Shown here piece by piece: positions 1 through 7,740 of a stretch of 33,688 nt of DNA. The notes beneath the pieces are model-generated. The model did not search any database. It was given only the letters and a program-made list of their open reading frames with translations, and had not been told where the DNA came from. The DNA lies in assembly GCA_013151565.1 (NCBI GenBank), contig JAADIB010000055.1:1-33688 (forward strand). Reading direction: 5' to 3'. Made by a program: the position numbers and the translations under genes. Origin of the DNA: Chlorobiota bacterium (GTDB lineage: Bacteria; Bacteroidota; Ignavibacteria; Ignavibacteriales; Melioribacteraceae). The first letter of the stretch is position 1. Every line of letters starts with the position of its first letter.

Positions 1-186
1 CGCACCGGTAATGATACAAGGTGAATCCGGCACAGGGAAAGAAATGATAGCCAATGCAATACAGAAAACCAGCAACAGATCGAATGAACCTTTTGTAAAA
101 GTTAACTGTGCAGTCTTTCCTTCTAACTTACTTGCAAGCGAACTTTTCGGTCATGTAAAAGGCGCTTTTACGGATGCGATAAAAGA
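1..186 (+). pseudogene. Fragment of a second sigma-54 activator AAA+ domain (Walker A to GAFTGA-loop region). Arm A of an inverted duplication; open at the window's left edge.
   Basis: Frame 2 reads [61 protein letters not shown]. The reverse complement aligns to 408-593 with 10 mismatches in 186 nt. After nt 186 the frame runs into the antisense of the minus-strand gene and becomes nonsense (track ORF 11..328). Confidence 0.6.
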
Positions 187-1063
187 GGTCTTCGCGCAAT
201 GCACCGTTCTTCAAGGCGTTATTGATATCAACATTTGTTGCTGCTATCACTCGTATATCTACTTGTCTGGTAATGGATTCACCAACACGCTCGAACGAAC
301 CTTCCTGCAGTACGCGAAGGAGTTGTAACTGCATCTGCTGTGGCATCTCGGCTACTTCATCCAGAAATATCGTTCCTTTATCCGCAAGTTCAAATCTTCC
401 GGGGCGATCTTTTATCGCATCTGTAAAAGCGCCTTTTACATGACCGAACAACTCGCTTGCAAGTAAATTAGAAGGGAAGACTGCACAGTTAACTTTTACA
501 AATGGTTCACTCGATCTGTTGCTGGTTTTCTGTATTGCATTGGCTATCATTTCTTTTCCTGTGCCGGATTCACCTTGTATCATTACCGGAGCGCTCGAAT
601 CGGATATTTCTCTTATCAGTTCGAATATTTCCTGCATTTGTTTACTATGCCCAATAACACCATGAAAATTTGTCTCCTCCGCTAAACATTCTTTCAATCC
701 GGCTAGCTCTGAGATATCTCTGAATGAGATTATACCACCTGTAGGATCGCCACTATCATTATAAAGAACTGCAGAGTTCATTCGGATTGGCTTTTTAGGA
801 CCTTTCTTCGTATGTATGAAAGATTCAAAATCGTAAATTGTATTTTTAGATTTTAATGCCAGTGCGATTGGACAATCAGTAAAACAAAGTTTAGAGCGGA
901 AGATATGTTTGCAGAATCTTCCTAGAACCTCATCGCGATCAAAACCGGTTATCTTTTCGGCGGCTTTGTTAAAGAAGTTTATTTTAAAATTCTTGTCAAC
1001 AGTGAAAACTCCTTCACCGATAGATTCTAATATGTGATCTTTAAGATTATCGTTAATTGACAT
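128..1063 (-). CDS. PAS-domain sigma-54-dependent transcriptional activator (bEBP), 3'-truncated. Authentic sequence runs only to about nt 173-187; the rest of the AAA+ domain and the HTH are missing.
   Basis: N-terminal PAS-like region with a Cys-rich stretch ([15 protein letters not shown]). Walker A GESGTGKE, loop GAFTDA, Walker B GTIFLDEV, then RVIAATN and REDLFYRI. The tail [14 protein letters not shown] is antisense of repeat arm A. Confidence 0.8.
   Translation of the reverse strand: MSINDNLKDHILESIGEGVFTVDKNFKINFFNKAAEKITGFDRDEVLGRFCKHIFRSKLCFTDCPIALALKSKNTIYDFESFIHTKKGPKKPIRMNSAVLYNDSGDPTGGIISFRDISELAGLKECLAEETNFHGVIGHSKQMQEIFELIREISDSSAPVMIQGESGTGKEMIANAIQKTSNRSSEPFVKVNCAVFPSNLLASELFGHVKGAFTDAIKDRPGRFELADKGTIFLDEVAEMPQQMQLQLLRVLQEGSFERVGESITRQVDIRVIAATNVDINNALKNGALREDLFYRIRKSAFYMTEKFACK
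408..593. repeat. Arm B of the inverted duplication, lying inside the minus-strand sigma-54 activator gene.
   Basis: Position i in 1-186 pairs with position 594-i. There are 10 substitutions, and only one changes the encoded residue (Ser vs Asn). Confidence 0.8.
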
Positions 1064-1269
1064 AGTAAAAGAAAAAATGAAAAGATTTGTTTCAAAGATA
1101 AATGATTTTTAATAAAAAGGTAATGGAAAAAGAAAATATTTGTAAATTATTGATCAATGATTTTTAAAAAGACAACTAATCTAAAAAAATAATTATTTTT
1201 GGAATGAATATAGTATATTTACAAAAGAAACATTTTATCTTATTATAGATAGTCTAATAAAGGCTGATT

Positions 1270-2142
1270 TTGACTAATAGAGTTCATACGATATACATTT
1301 CATTATTAATTATAATCATTTTCATTACCTTAGCTGTAATTGTTTCCATAGGGTATGATTATTACACAACACCTCTAACTGAAAGATTTTTCCATGAAGA
1401 TTATAGATTGCTTAAACCTAGCGGAAGTATAGGACATGGTTATGGAATTATTGGAACACTCTTGTTATTGATAGGAGTAGCAAGCTATGTTATAAGAAAA
1501 AGAGTGAAACGGTTTGCCCGATTGGGATTATTGAAGCATTGGCTTGAATTTCACATTTTCCTATGCACACTTGGTCCACTTCTTATATTATTTCATACAG
1601 CATTCAAATTCGGGGGAATCGTATCAATAAGCTTTTGGAGTATGGTAGCAGTTGTGCTCAGCGGAATAATTGGGCGATATATTTATCTTCAAATGCCGCG
1701 TTCTATTGACGGTGTTGAATTAAGTTTTGAAGAAAGCAGAGAGTTAAATTATGATCTCAGTCACCAATTACGACAAAAATATAATTTGGATGATTCTATT
1801 ATTAATAGGCTCGATAACTATTCAGGTAACGAAAGCCAGGCGATAAATATATTGAGTTTACTTCCTATTATGATCAAAGGTTTTTGGGAGGATAGAAGCG
1901 CTCTCAATGAAATTACAATCAGCTTAAAGAATAGTAATGTCCCTCGTAAAAATATTAAAGAAGTAAAAAAAATGTGTAAAGCCAAATTGAAATTAAACCG
2001 CCGATTATCGCTCTTAAAAACGACTCAAAGATTATTCAGCTATTGGCATATTATTCATTTCCCATTCGCAATTTTAATGCTTGTAATTATGGTTGTCCAT
2101 GTTGGTATCACATTAGCATTTGGTTCTAGGTGGATTTTTTAA
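1270..2142 (+). CDS. Polytopic membrane protein, predicted di-haem b-type transmembrane electron carrier (ferric-reductase/DUF4405-like idea). TTG start.
   Basis: About 5 TM helices. Two helices with the same predicted in-to-out orientation each carry an H-x13-H pair (HIFLCTLGPLLILFH and HFPFAILMLVIMVVH). The Lys/Arg-rich loops preceding both helices fit cytoplasmic placement. Only a 3-nt gap to the next gene. Confidence 0.55.
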   Translation: MTNRVHTIYISLLIIIIFITLAVIVSIGYDYYTTPLTERFFHEDYRLLKPSGSIGHGYGIIGTLLLLIGVASYVIRKRVKRFARLGLLKHWLEFHIFLCTLGPLLILFHTAFKFGGIVSISFWSMVAVVLSGIIGRYIYLQMPRSIDGVELSFEESRELNYDLSHQLRQKYNLDDSIINRLDNYSGNESQAINILSLLPIMIKGFWEDRSALNEITISLKNSNVPRKNIKEVKKMCKAKLKLNRRLSLLKTTQRLFSYWHIIHFPFAILMLVIMVVHVGITLAFGSRWIF

Positions 2143-2145
2143 GCA

Positions 2146-3474
2146 ATGGAAGTATTACTTGAAAATATAGTGATCTATGGATTTGTCGGGGTTCTTTTTG
2201 TTTTTATTTTTTACATGTATATACATAAACAGAAAAAGGAATCTAAAATTGTTGAGGAAAAGATCAAGAAAGCAAAAAAGATGGGGACTCATGAACCCGT
2301 TTCACTGCATCCGGTCGTTGATGTTAACTTGTGCATCAAAAGCGGGGCATGCATCAGAGCTTGTCCCGAAAAGGATGTGCTAGGCATACGGAATGGTAAG
2401 GCAACAACGATAAATGCTTCGCGCTGTGTTGGGCATAGCGCTTGTTTTATTGCCTGCCCCGTAGGCGCTATTTCCCTGCATATTGGAACTGAACAAAGAG
2501 GCGTTCAGCTTCCTCATGTTAATCCGAATTTTGAAACGAGCATACCTGGAATTTTTATTGCCGGTGAAATTGGCGGGATGGGGTTGATCAAAAATGCAGT
2601 TGAACAAGGAAAACAGGCTGTTGATAATTTAACAAAGACTTTGGATAAAAGTGGGAAAGCAGATTATGATCTAATTATTGTAGGTTCTGGTCCGGCGGGA
2701 ATCTCGGCATCGCTGCAAGCGAAGAAAAATGGATTAAGATTTTTAACGCTGGAACAAGATTCCCTAGGTGGAACAGTTTTTACTTTTCCCCGTGCAAAAA
2801 TTGTAATGACCTCACCAATGGATCTGCCGTTGTATGGAAAACTTAAGTTGGTTGAGACATCAAAATCAGAATTGCTCGACATATGGTTAAAAGTCTTAGA
2901 ATTAAATAATATATCCGTGAGTGAAAATGAGAAAGTAAATGAAATTCAGAAGTTTAATAATACATTCAAAGTTATTTCTACTAAGAATGAATACACTACA
3001 AAAAAGGTTATCTTAGCTATCGGCAGAAGGGGCACACCGAGAAAATTAGGCGTACCCGGCGAAGGAAAAGAAAAAGTTGCATATCGTTTACTCGAGCCGG
3101 AACTGATCCATAATAAAAATATACTGGTTGTTGGCGGCGGCGATTCTGCTGTTGAAGCTGCAATGATACTTTCGGACGAGGATAATAATGTCACTCTTTC
3201 TTACAGAAACGGAAGTTTCAACAGAATCAAACCAAAGAATCTGGAAAGGATTAGTGATAGAATTGAAAACAACTCGATCAATATGCTATATAATTCTACT
3301 GTAACAAGAATATTGGACGATTCTGTAGAACTGAAAATAAATAATGAGGAAACAATAAACGTAGAGAATGAACTTGTTTATATTTTTATTGGAGGTGAAA
3401 TTCCGACAAAATTTCTTGAACATGTTGGAATTAAAATAACCATGAAGCATGGTGAAGCAATGTTGAAAAATTAA
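2146..3474 (+). CDS. Membrane-anchored ferredoxin-domain / FAD- and NAD(P)H-binding oxidoreductase (thioredoxin-reductase-fold, FNR-like, no redox-active CxxC).
   Basis: N-terminal TM helix followed by a Lys-rich segment. Two ferredoxin-type motifs (CIKSGACIRACP, CVGHSACFIACP). Dinucleotide motifs DLIIVGSGPAG and ILVVGGGDSAVEAA, plus an ILAIGRRGTPRKLGVPGE-type motif. No Cys in the flavoprotein part. Confidence 0.85.
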   Translation: MEVLLENIVIYGFVGVLFVFIFYMYIHKQKKESKIVEEKIKKAKKMGTHEPVSLHPVVDVNLCIKSGACIRACPEKDVLGIRNGKATTINASRCVGHSACFIACPVGAISLHIGTEQRGVQLPHVNPNFETSIPGIFIAGEIGGMGLIKNAVEQGKQAVDNLTKTLDKSGKADYDLIIVGSGPAGISASLQAKKNGLRFLTLEQDSLGGTVFTFPRAKIVMTSPMDLPLYGKLKLVETSKSELLDIWLKVLELNNISVSENEKVNEIQKFNNTFKVISTKNEYTTKKVILAIGRRGTPRKLGVPGEGKEKVAYRLLEPELIHNKNILVVGGGDSAVEAAMILSDEDNNVTLSYRNGSFNRIKPKNLERISDRIENNSINMLYNSTVTRILDDSVELKINNEETINVENELVYIFIGGEIPTKFLEHVGIKITMKHGEAMLKN

Positions 3475-3493
3475 TTATGGAATTATTCTTGGT

Positions 3494-5071
3494 TTGATTT
3501 TTAGAATTTTAAAAATATTATTCTTTTTAAGTTTTATGAATATATGGGCACAGATCTCGCCAGGAGATCTCACATCTGCACACAAATCATTGGAGGGAAT
3601 AAGCCACTGCACCAAATGTCATATTTTAGGAGACAAAGTAGAAAATAAAAAATGCTTGGATTGTCATACTGAAATAAACCAACTGATAAATTCTAATAAG
3701 GGATATCATTCGTCATCAGAAGTTAAGAATAAAGAATGTGTAAAATGTCATGGAGAACATTTCGGCAGAGATTTTACAATTATAAGATTCAATAAAAAAA
3801 TATTCGATCATACTTTAACAGGCTTTACACTAAAAGGAAAGCATAAAAAAATCAAATGTGAATCATGTCATCAATCGAAATTTATTGAATCAAAGAAATT
3901 AAAAGATAGAAAAAACACTTACTTGGGTCTGCACCAGAATTGCCAAAGCTGTCATGAGGATTATCATCAAGGGACTTTGAAAAATTCAAATTGCCAAAGC
4001 TGCCACAACACAGAGAAGTGGAGACCAACTGCCGGATTTAATCATGCTGAAACCAAGTTCAAATTAACCGGGGCTCACAAAAATATAAAATGTGAACAGT
4101 GCCATAAAATAGACAAGAGGAATGGCAAAGAATTTCAGAACTTCAGGATTGCGAAGTTTGGTCAATGTATCGACTGTCATAAAGATATTCACTTGGGAAA
4201 ATTTGGAGACAATTGTACGCAGTGTCATACAACACAATCATTTAAATCTATAAAAAACGATAAGAAGTTTGATCATTCAAAAACCGGATTCATTTTAAAA
4301 GATGCTCACAACAATTTGAAATGCAACCAGTGTCATATTAAAGGTGTTTCGGTAAAGTTGAAATCTAAAAACTGCTATGATTGTCATACAGATTACCATA
4401 AAGGTGAATTTACAAAAAACGGCATTCAGCAGGATTGTTCAGTCTGCCATACTGAGAGCAGTTTTACTCCTTCGCATTTCACATTGGATGAGCATTCAAA
4501 AACAAAGTTCGCACTTCTTGGCGGACACCTTGCTGTACCCTGCGGCAAATGTCATCTAAACGATTCTAAGTGGACATTTACTTTTAAAAATACTGAATGC
4601 ATCACTTGCCACGAAAATATTCATGGGGATTTGATCTTAAAATATAGTGATGAAAAAGGACTTTGTGTGAAATGTCATAATTCTGGTTCTTGGGATCAAG
4701 TTAATTTTGATCACGATAAAACAGAATTTAAATTGATAGAGAAGCACGAAAAAGTAAAATGTAGTAATTGTCATTTTATTGATAATCAACAATCATTTAT
4801 TTTTAGTAAATTATCTCACGATTGTAAAACTTGTCATAAAGATCAGCATAATGGTCAGTTTGAAGCAGACTACTTGAATGATTGTTCCAAATGTCATTCA
4901 CCAAATGATTGGAGTGCTGTAAATTTTGATCATGATCAAGCAAGGTTCAAACTTGATGGTTCGCATAAAAACTTATCATGTAATAAGTGTCATAAAGAAG
5001 AAATTATTAACGGCAATAAAATTGTAAAATATAAATTTAAAGATATAACATGCAAAAGCTGTCACTTGTAG
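3494..5071 (+). CDS. Secreted multihaem cytochrome c, 20 CxxCH motifs, built from tandem c7/c3-like trihaem modules. TTG start.
   Basis: Signal peptide MIFRILKILFFLSFMNIWAQ. 20 CxxCH motifs. Recurring unit CxxCH-D-x-H-x-G ... CxxCH ... W ... FDH-x-x-T-x-F-x-L-x-G-x-H ... CxxCH. Confidence 0.9.
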   Translation: MIFRILKILFFLSFMNIWAQISPGDLTSAHKSLEGISHCTKCHILGDKVENKKCLDCHTEINQLINSNKGYHSSSEVKNKECVKCHGEHFGRDFTIIRFNKKIFDHTLTGFTLKGKHKKIKCESCHQSKFIESKKLKDRKNTYLGLHQNCQSCHEDYHQGTLKNSNCQSCHNTEKWRPTAGFNHAETKFKLTGAHKNIKCEQCHKIDKRNGKEFQNFRIAKFGQCIDCHKDIHLGKFGDNCTQCHTTQSFKSIKNDKKFDHSKTGFILKDAHNNLKCNQCHIKGVSVKLKSKNCYDCHTDYHKGEFTKNGIQQDCSVCHTESSFTPSHFTLDEHSKTKFALLGGHLAVPCGKCHLNDSKWTFTFKNTECITCHENIHGDLILKYSDEKGLCVKCHNSGSWDQVNFDHDKTEFKLIEKHEKVKCSNCHFIDNQQSFIFSKLSHDCKTCHKDQHNGQFEADYLNDCSKCHSPNDWSAVNFDHDQARFKLDGSHKNLSCNKCHKEEIINGNKIVKYKFKDITCKSCHL

Positions 5072-6111
5072 TATTACTGTTTATTAGTGCTATTCAATTG
5101 TTTGGGCAAGATTCTCCTCACGGAAAGGATTTTGAACTTGACTGTTTACTCTGTCACACAACAGAAAGTTGGAAGATTGATAAGAACAAAATTAAATTTG
5201 ATCACAGCTCAACAAAGTTTAAATTATTTGGGCAGCATATAGATGTAAATTGTTCATCATGTCATACTGATCTTAAATTTAAGAACACATCTACCGATTG
5301 TGAAAGTTGTCATACAGATGTGCATGAAAATTCTGTCGGTTTTGATTGTGCAAACTGCCATACAACAACTAGCTGGATTGTAAGCGATATTTTACGAATT
5401 CATAGAATGAGCAGATTCCCGCTTCTCGGCTCACACCAAACATCGGACTGCAGTGAATGTCATGTATCTAATTCACTATTGAATTTTCAACCTCTGGGTG
5501 TTGAATGTAGTGATTGTCATATGGACAATTATCTGTCTGCAAAAAATCCAGATCATGTCAGTGCAAATTATTCCACGGATTGTACCGAATGTCATAACCA
5601 GAGTTATCCCTCTTGGATAGGAGCAGGGATTGTGCATGATTTCTTCCCTCTTACCGGTGGACATGCAATTACAGATTGTTATGAATGTCATAGTCAAGAT
5701 GGCTTTGCTGGGTTATCACCGGATTGTTACAGTTGTCATCAAAATAACTATAATGAAACAACAAATCCTTCACATACTACTCTTGGCTTCTCTCATGATT
5801 GCCAATTGTGTCATACTATTGACGGGTGGATACCGGCAACATTCGATCATGATAATAAGTTCTTCCCCATCTATTCTGGCAGCCATAGAGAAGCATGGAG
5901 CAATTGTTCAGATTGTCATACTAACGGAAACGACTATACTGTTTTTTCATGCCTTACTTGTCATGAACATAATCAAGCGGATACTGATAATAAGCATAGA
6001 GAAGTTGGTGGATATGTTTATGAAAGTAATGCGTGTTATTCATGTCATCCAAGTGGAGGCGGAGATGATGCGGCAAAAAGGTTTTTTAAGATGGAAAAAA
6101 TAATGAAGTAA
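5050..6111 (+). CDS. Secreted multihaem cytochrome c, 13 CxxCH motifs.
   Basis: Signal peptide MQKLSLVVLLFISAIQLFGQ. 13 CxxCH motifs. Overlaps the upstream gene by 22 nt and the downstream gene by 1 nt (TAATG). Confidence 0.9.
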   Translation: MQKLSLVVLLFISAIQLFGQDSPHGKDFELDCLLCHTTESWKIDKNKIKFDHSSTKFKLFGQHIDVNCSSCHTDLKFKNTSTDCESCHTDVHENSVGFDCANCHTTTSWIVSDILRIHRMSRFPLLGSHQTSDCSECHVSNSLLNFQPLGVECSDCHMDNYLSAKNPDHVSANYSTDCTECHNQSYPSWIGAGIVHDFFPLTGGHAITDCYECHSQDGFAGLSPDCYSCHQNNYNETTNPSHTTLGFSHDCQLCHTIDGWIPATFDHDNKFFPIYSGSHREAWSNCSDCHTNGNDYTVFSCLTCHEHNQADTDNKHREVGGYVYESNACYSCHPSGGGDDAAKRFFKMEKIMK

Positions 6112-7718
6112 TGAATAAAGTTCTAAATACCATATTATTCGCTTTAATTTTTATATCTAATGTTAAAACACAAACTAATCTTGAAACAATAATAGAGGGC
6201 AAGGTTACATATTTATCGTCACAGAATGTTTACGTAAAATTTGATAACACTGATAAAATTAAAGTTGGTGATACTTTATTCGTAAAACAGAAAAATGATT
6301 ATCTTCCTGCTGTTAAAATAGAATATCTTTCATCCAGATCAACCGCCGGTAAAAAGCTTGGTGATATAAATTTAAGGGTGGGCGATAGACTTTTATATTT
6401 CTATACTCCTACAGCATTAACACATGAACCGGAAATAATAGCGGCGCCAGCGATTTCAGAGCAGACAATCAAAAATGAAGTAAAGATAAAAAGTTCAAAA
6501 AGCAGAACAAGAAAAATTGGTAGAGTTGAGGGACGAGTTTCACTTTCGTCATATTCTAATTTTTCGTCTACTAAGGGAATTGATTTTGTAAGATGGCGTT
6601 ATACGTTTGCCGCGAGATCTCAAAATTTTAATTCATCAAGATTATCGTTCGATTCATATATTTCATTTAATTACAGGTCTACCGATTGGAATTATATCAA
6701 GAATAATATTAATGACGCACTTAAGATCTATTCATTAGCGCTGGGTTATGATATCGGGGACAATTTGAATCTAACTTTCGGGCGGAAGATAAACAGAAAT
6801 ATTACAAACATCGGCGCCATTGACGGACTGCAGCTTCAAGGCAAATTCGGAAAGTTCACATCCGGTGTTATAGTTGGTTCGCGGCCTGATTACAAAAACT
6901 ATAGTTTTAATTCTAATCTTTTTGAATTCGGCGGATTTATTAGTCATTCTGATATTGCCGGATATGGAGTGATGCAAAACTCATTTGCATTGTTTCAGCA
7001 AACCAATGATTTTAAAACTGACAGAAGGTTTTTCTATTTTCAGCACAACAGTAATTTTATTAAACAGATCAATTTCTTCTTCTCAACAGAAGTCGATCTC
7101 TATAAGAAAGAAAACGGGGTTTCGTCATCTGATTTCAGCTTAACGGGATTGTATGTTTCACTCAGATACAAGCCGATTAGAAAGTTAAGTCTTAGCGGTT
7201 CGTTCGACTCGAGAAAAAATGTTATCTACTATGAAACCTATAAAAATTATGCTGATAGTCTTTATGAAAATGCAACAAGACAAGGATTTAATTTTCGTAT
7301 CAATTTAAGACCGTGGAACAATTTATTCTTCCGTTTCGCCTACGGGTTCAGAACAAGAACAGGAGATGTCAAATCATCTCAGAATTTTTCTGGAAGCATT
7401 TCATATACCAGAGTACCTTTCATAAGAGGAACTGTCAGCCTTAATTACAATAACTTAGCAACTTCATATTTGAATGGGAATATTTTTAGTTTGAGTTACT
7501 CGAGAGATCTTCTTTCAGGAATATTATTTGCTACTCTGAATTTTAGAAAGGTATTGTATCAATTTTTAAATGGTCCCGATCTTGATCAGAATATTGTTAC
7601 CCTTGATGTAAATTGGCGGATAATACGATATCTATCGGCATCATTAGCTTACGAAGGAACCTTCGAAACAGAATTCAATTATGGTAGAGTTTATTTCAAT
7701 TTAACAAAAAGATTCTAA
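6111..7718 (+). CDS. Outer-membrane beta-barrel (porin-like) protein of a porin-cytochrome module, with a small N-terminal soluble domain.
   Basis: Signal peptide. No Cys. Alternating hydrophobic/aromatic beta-strand pattern, rich in Tyr/Asn/Ser/Phe. C-terminal ...YFNLTKRF with a terminal Phe typical of OMPs. Translationally coupled to the 13-haem gene. Confidence 0.75.
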   Translation: MNKVLNTILFALIFISNVKTQTNLETIIEGKVTYLSSQNVYVKFDNTDKIKVGDTLFVKQKNDYLPAVKIEYLSSRSTAGKKLGDINLRVGDRLLYFYTPTALTHEPEIIAAPAISEQTIKNEVKIKSSKSRTRKIGRVEGRVSLSSYSNFSSTKGIDFVRWRYTFAARSQNFNSSRLSFDSYISFNYRSTDWNYIKNNINDALKIYSLALGYDIGDNLNLTFGRKINRNITNIGAIDGLQLQGKFGKFTSGVIVGSRPDYKNYSFNSNLFEFGGFISHSDIAGYGVMQNSFALFQQTNDFKTDRRFFYFQHNSNFIKQINFFFSTEVDLYKKENGVSSSDFSLTGLYVSLRYKPIRKLSLSGSFDSRKNVIYYETYKNYADSLYENATRQGFNFRINLRPWNNLFFRFAYGFRTRTGDVKSSQNFSGSISYTRVPFIRGTVSLNYNNLATSYLNGNIFSLSYSRDLLSGILFATLNFRKVLYQFLNGPDLDQNIVTLDVNWRIIRYLSASLAYEGTFETEFNYGRVYFNLTKRF

Positions 7719-7740
7719 TTTATTTCAAAAAATATTTTCC

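Noticed and set aside
222-443. 73-aa + strand ORF, and the distal part of ORF 11..328.
   Set aside because: Both are antisense to the well-supported AAA+ domain of the minus-strand sigma-54 activator. Only 1-186 of the + strand carries real, duplicated coding signal.
1-593. The inverted repeat, considered as IS or MITE termini or as an invertible switch.
   Set aside because: The arms are coding sequence of an AAA+ domain, not terminal inverted repeats. The 221-nt spacer is the continuation of the same gene. No recombinase or transposase is nearby.
1149-1158. Perfect 10-bp palindrome ATTGATCAAT in the divergent region between the sigma-54 activator and the + strand operon.
   Set aside because: It is short and sits in very AT-rich DNA, so it is expected by chance. 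It is only half-similar to an FNR/CRP-type box. I note it but do not call it an operator.
5630-6103. 157-aa + strand ORF overlapping the 13-haem cytochrome gene in another frame. The other short overlapping ORFs are similar: 2177-2383, 2380-2607, 2664-2882, 2946-3194, 4377-4559, 5476-5697, 6771-6977, 8283-8501, 9080-9460, 9617-9871, 10922-11128, 11060-11464, 15060-15320, 17936-18298, 18763-18960, 21605-21808, 21941-22144, 25357-25602, 26275-26496, 27172-27420, 27185-27469, 28004-28749, 30392-30628, 31563-31745, 31899-32096.
   Set aside because: These are shadow ORFs inside or antisense to genes with strong family signatures. Their translations are low-complexity, with no motifs, signal peptides or RBS.
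3494-6111. Periodic DNA and protein repeats in the cytochrome genes, considered as a possible CRISPR or tandem-repeat array.
   Set aside because: The periodicity comes from diverged coding modules (CxxCH units). There are no identical direct repeats or spacers, so this is not a CRISPR array.
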